From the sequence record FN395000.1: 2,827 bases of DNA; one strand, given 5' to 3'. The notes beneath the pieces are model-generated. The model ran no database searches and had not been told where the DNA came from. It was given only the letters and a program-made list of their open reading frames with translations. Shown piece by piece: positions 1 through 2,827 of this stretch (the first letter of the stretch is position 1; every line of letters starts with the position of its first letter). Both the position numbers and the translations under genes were made by a program. Origin of the DNA: Enterobacteria phage CUS-3.

Positions 1-438
1 ATGGCACGCCCAACAAAGTATCAAGAGGCGTATGCCGAACAGGCACGCAAACTGTGCTTGCTGGGCTACACCGATGCAGAACTTGCTGATTTCTTTGAAG
101 TCAGTGAGTCAACTATTAACAAGTGGAAGCTTGATTATCCTGAGTTTTCGGAGTCCATAAAAAAGGGTAAGGCCGTCGCTGATGCAGAAGTTAGTGATCG
201 TCTTTATCAACGCGCTATGGGCTTCGTGGCTCCAGATATCGATATTCGTGTTATTGAAAACAGAATTGTCGAAACTCCGCTTGAGAAGTATTACCCGCCT
301 GATACAACCGCTGCCATTTTCTGGCTTAAGAACCGACAGAAGGATAAATGGCGCGACAAGGTTGATCACGAGCTAACAGGCAAAGACGGCGGCGCAATTC
401 AGATTGAAACATCACCGATGAGCACTCTATTCGGAAAA
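1..438 (+). CDS. Phage terminase small subunit-like protein (N-terminal HTH DNA-binding region); 3' end lies in the N run, and the six-frame track extends the frame to a TGA at 541-543 only through masked bases
   Basis: Frame-1 ORF starting at ATG 1, 146 visible codons with no stop. N-terminal 'YTDAELADFFEVSESTINKWK' resembles a helix-turn-helix. C-terminal 'AAIFWLKNRQKDKWRDK' is a basic W/K/R-rich motif I recall as typical of small terminase subunits. GC is about 50% by hand count. Family assignment is from memory, not a search. Confidence 0.6.
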
Positions 439-538
439 NNNNNNNNNNNNNNNNNNNNNNNNNNNNNNNNNNNNNNNNNNNNNNNNNNNNNNNNNNNNNN
501 NNNNNNNNNNNNNNNNNNNNNNNNNNNNNNNNNNNNNN
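439..538. other. Run of 100 N (masked sequence or assembly gap); hides the terS-like 3' end and the start of the downstream frame-2 ORF
   Basis: Directly visible. Exactly 100 N is a common placeholder for a gap of unknown length, so the true distance across this junction is uncertain. Confidence 1.
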
Positions 539-1762
539 TCTGAGCCATGTGTAAAATATTATGATGGCATTCTGTATCTGACGACCAGGGGGACATTAAG
601 TACTCAACCCGGTAGTTCATTGCACAGAAGCTCTGATTTAGGTACATCATGGAATTCTCTTCGCTTCCCAAATAATGTTCATCACTCAAACCTTCCTTTT
701 GCCAAAGTTGGCGATGAGCTGATTATTTTTGGCAGTGAGCGCGCATTTGGTGAGTGGGAAGGAGGAGAACCTGATAACCGTTATGCAGGAAACTATCCAA
801 GAACATTTATGACCAGAGTTAACGTCAATGAGTGGAGTCTGGATAATGTAGAGTGGGTTAATGTTACTGATCAGATTTATCAGGGCGGAATAGTTAACTC
901 TGCGGTTGGTGTTGGTTCAGTTTGTATCAAAGACAACTGGCTGTACTACATTTTCGGTGGGGAAGACTTTCTAAACCCATGGAGCATAGGGGATAACAAC
1001 AGAAAATATCCTTATGTTCACGATGGTCACNNNNNNNNNNNNNNNNNNNNNNNNNNNNNNNNNNNNNNNNNNNNNNNNNNNNNNNNNNNNNNNNNNNNNN
1101 NNNNNNNNNNNNNNNNNNNNNNNNNNNNNNNNNNNNNNNNNNNNNNNNNNNNNNNNNNNNNNNNNNNNNNNNNNNNNNNNNNNNNNNNNNNNNNNNNNNN
1201 NNNNNNNNNNNNNNNNNNNNNNNNNNNNNNNNNNNNNNNNNNNNNNNNNNNNNNNNNNNNNNNNNNNNNNNNNNNNNNNNNNNNNNNNNNNNNNNNNNNN
1301 NNNNNNNNNNNNNNNNNNNNNAGCGGCGGTGAAACAACGTCTTCAGCAGATGGTGCAATGATAACGTTGCATGGTTCCGGAAGCAGTACTCCACGTCGCG
1401 CGGTATATAACGCACTCGAACATCTTTTTGAGAACGGAGATGTTAAACCTTATCTTGATAATGTAAATGCTCTTGGTGGTCCGGGAAACAGGTTCTCGAC
1501 AGTTTATCTTGGCTCCAATCCTGTGGTTACCAGTGACGGAACATTAAAGACAGAGCCGGTCTCTCCTGACGAAGCATTGCTGGATGCCTGGGGTGACGTC
1601 AGGTATATCGCTTATAAATGGCTGAACGCTGTCGCTATAAAGGGGGAAGAAGGGGCGAGGATACATCATGGTGTAATCGCGCAGCAACTTCGTGATGTTC
1701 TTATTTCTCACGGACTCATGGAAGAAGAAAGCACAACATGCCGCTATGCGTTTCTTTGCTAT
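539..1762 (+). CDS. Endosialidase (endo-N-acetylneuraminidase) tailspike, C-terminal portion: distal beta-propeller segment with Asp-box, masked stalk region, and C-terminal intramolecular chaperone domain; partial at both ends
   Basis: Frame 2 is open with no stop across both visible blocks (539-1030 and 1322-1762). The internal mask is 291 nt (97 codons), so the frame is preserved. Translation includes 'YYDGILYLTTRG', 'HRSSDLGTSWNS' (Asp-box) and 'WLYYIFGGEDF' upstream, and 'SDGTLKTEPVSPDEALLDAWGDVRYIAYKW...HHGVIAQQLRDVL' downstream. A frame-2 TGA at 419-421 prevents the ORF from extending upstream of 422. The 3' end is in the third N run. Confidence 0.75.
629..652 (+). other. Asp-box (BNR) sialidase motif S-S-D-L-G-T-S-W
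   Basis: Codons 629-652 in frame 2 encode SSDLGTSW, matching the S-x-D-x-G-x-[TS]-W Asp-box consensus found in sialidase beta-propellers. Confidence 0.6.
1031..1321. other. Run of 291 N inside the endosialidase frame (97 codons; frame preserved)
   Basis: Directly visible. Its length is a multiple of three and the same frame is open on both sides. Confidence 1.
1532..1762 (+). other. Peptidase S74-type C-terminal intramolecular chaperone domain (CIMCD) of the tailspike, with putative autoproteolytic Ser-Asp site at 1532-1537; domain continues into the mask
   Basis: 'S-D-G-T-L-K' followed by 'DVRYIAYKW' and 'HHGVIAQQL' matches the pattern of the endosialidase/tail-fibre self-cleaving chaperone domain (S|D-x-x-L-K ... 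Y-x-Y-K ... G-x-IAQ) as I recall it. Cleavage is expected between Ser (1532-1534) and Asp (1535-1537). Confidence 0.7.
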
Positions 1763-2179
1763 NNNNNNNNNNNNNNNNNNNNNNNNNNNNNNNNNNNNNN
1801 NNNNNNNNNNNNNNNNNNNNNNNNNNNNNNNNNNNNNNNNNNNNNNNNNNNNNNNNNNNNNNNNNNNNNNNNNNNNNNNNNNNNNNNNNNNNNNNNNNNN
1901 NNNNNNNNNNNNNNNNNNNNNNNNNNNNNNNNNNNNNNNNNNNNNNNNNNNNNNNNNNNNNNNNNNNNNNNNNNNNNNNNNNNNNNNNNNNNNNNNNNNN
2001 NNNNNNNNNNNNNNNNNNNNNNNNNNNNNNNNNNNNNNNNNNNNNNNNNNNNNNNNNNNNNNNNNNNNNNNNNNNNNNNNNNNNNNNNNNNNNNNNNNNN
2101 NNNNNNNNNNNNNNNNNNNNNNNNNNNNNNNNNNNNNNNNNNNNNNNNNNNNNNNNNNNNNNNNNNNNNNNNNNNNNNN
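1763..2179. other. Run of 417 N; expected to hide the tailspike 3' end and stop, the intergenic/promoter region, and the 5' end of neuO
   Basis: Directly visible. Its content is inferred only from the flanking genes. Confidence 1.
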
Positions 2180-2827
2180 ATGTCGTTTTCCGTTGATGAT
2201 AATGGATCAGGTAATATTTTTGTATGTGGAGATCTTGTAAATAGCAAAGAGAATAAAGTTCAGTTCAATGGAAACAATAACAAACTTATTATAGAAGATG
2301 ATGTTGAGTGTCGATGGCTTACCGTAATATTTAGGGGTGATAATAATTACGTAAGAATACATAAAAACAGTAAGATTAAAGGTGATATTGTCGCAACAAA
2401 AGGTTCAAAAGTTATTATCGGTAGAAGAACGACAATAGGTGCAGGTTTTGAAGTCGTCACTGATAAGTGCAATGTTACAATTGGCCATGACTGCATGATA
2501 GCAAGAGATGTTATTTTGCGTGCATCAGATGGGCATCCTATATTTGATATTCATAGCAAAAAAAGGATTAATTGGGCAAAAGATATCATTATATCTAGTT
2601 ACGTATGGGTAGGGAGAAATGTCTCTATAATGAAAGGGGTATCTGTTGGAAGCGGATCTGTCATTGGGTATGGGAGTATTGTAACTAAAGATGTGCCATC
2701 TATGTGTGCAGCAGCCGGTAATCCAGCAAAAATAATAAAAAGAAATATAATATGGGCAAGAACGGATAAAGCGGAGCTAATTAGTGATGACAAGAGATGC
2801 TCCAGCTATCATGCGAAGCTCACGCAA
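2180..2827 (+). CDS. neuO: Polysialic acid O-acetyltransferase NeuO (hexapeptide-repeat, left-handed beta-helix acyltransferase); no stop within the window, and the 5' boundary abuts masked sequence
   Basis: Frame-2 ORF from ATG 2180 with 216 codons and no stop to the window end. Hexapeptide-repeat signatures: 'IGAGFEVVTDKCNVTIGHDCMIARDVILRASDGHPIF' and 'VWVGRNVSIMKGVSVGSGSVIGYGSIVTKDVPSMCAAAGNPAKIIK'. GC is clearly lower than upstream (about 30-43% in hand-counted 60-nt lines). Lies immediately downstream of an endosialidase gene, as I recall for neuO in the K1 prophage CUS-3. Counting from this Met puts His at 119 and Trp at 143, the residue numbers I recall being reported as catalytic in NeuO. 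Confidence 0.85.
   Translation, partial: MSFSVDDNGSGNIFVCGDLVNSKENKVQFNGNNNKLIIEDDVECRWLTVIFRGDNNYVRIHKNSKIKGDIVATKGSKVIIGRRTTIGAGFEVVTDKCNVTIGHDCMIARDVILRASDGHPIFDIHSKKRINWAKDIIISSYVWVGRNVSIMKGVSVGSGSVIGYGSIVTKDVPSMCAAAGNPAKIIKRNIIWARTDKAELISDDKRCSSYHAKLTQ

Noticed and set aside
109-369. 86-aa ORF on the minus strand antisense to the terS-like gene (and the overlapping + strand frame-2 ORF 182-376)
   Set aside because: Both lie entirely within the much longer, recognisable terS-like frame, and their translations have no recognisable motifs. Typical spurious alternative-frame ORFs.
399-689. 96-aa minus-strand ORF spanning the first N run
   Set aside because: About a third of it is X from masked bases and the rest is antisense to the Asp-box-containing endosialidase frame. 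No support.
927-1415. Minus-strand 162-aa ORF and + strand frame-3 ORF 1014-1361 spanning the second N run
   Set aside because: Almost entirely made of masked bases; the visible ends overlap the convincing frame-2 endosialidase coding sequence.
1692-2240. Frame-3 and frame-1 + strand ORFs (1692-2240, 1738-2196) and minus-strand ORF 1759-2247 across the third N run
   Set aside because: These are artefacts of translating N as X; their only real residues are short out-of-frame overlaps with the chaperone domain and neuO.
2558-2564. A7 homopolymer within neuO (codons Lys-Lys), considered as a possible slipped-strand phase-variation tract
   Set aside because: Seven bases is short for a contingency tract, and the known switch for this gene family is a 5' heptanucleotide repeat, not an internal poly-A. 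Most likely just AT-rich codon usage.
2599-2793. 64-aa minus-strand ORF inside neuO
   Set aside because: Antisense to a strongly supported hexapeptide-repeat coding sequence. Its hydrophobic, low-complexity translation is what AT-rich antisense sequence typically gives.
539-2827. Possibility that the tailspike and neuO form one continuous fusion ORF (both in frame 2, and the 417-nt mask is a multiple of three)
   Set aside because: The chaperone domain should end roughly 75 codons into the mask and neuO needs its own start and repeat tract. The shared frame has a one-in-three chance of being coincidence and nothing visible supports a fusion.
1-2827. Searched by eye for CRISPR-like direct repeats, tRNA-like segments, IS-type terminal inverted repeats, and intrinsic terminators
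   Set aside because: None found in the visible sequence. All three inter-gene junctions are masked, so regulatory elements cannot be called either way.

Overview
The window reads as a phage-derived locus with three same-strand (+) coding segments, interrupted by three runs of N (439-538, 1031-1321, 1763-2179) that hide every gene junction. (1) 1-438: the N-terminal ~146 aa of a small, HTH-containing terminase small subunit-like protein. (2) 539-1762: the C-terminal part of an endosialidase (endo-N-acetylneuraminidase) tailspike, with a sialidase Asp-box, then after the internal mask a Peptidase S74-type C-terminal intramolecular chaperone domain with its Ser-Asp autocleavage motif. (3) 2180-2827: an AT-rich hexapeptide-repeat acetyltransferase that I recognise as NeuO, the prophage-borne polysialic acid O-acetyltransferase of E. 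coli K1 (CUS-3-like prophage cargo); it runs off the window end without a stop. No RNA genes, CRISPR arrays or IS termini are visible. Promoters, ribosome-binding sites and terminators cannot be assessed because all intergenic sequence is masked. The most unusual point is architectural: a stop at 419-421 in the endosialidase frame means that ORF cannot extend upstream of 422, so if the N runs preserve true length the tailspike is N-terminally truncated and sits directly behind a terS-like gene. This is not a demonstrably new system; it looks like a known K1 capsule-modification module in a possibly rearranged or degraded prophage context. All identifications are by eye and from recollection of protein families; no searches were run.
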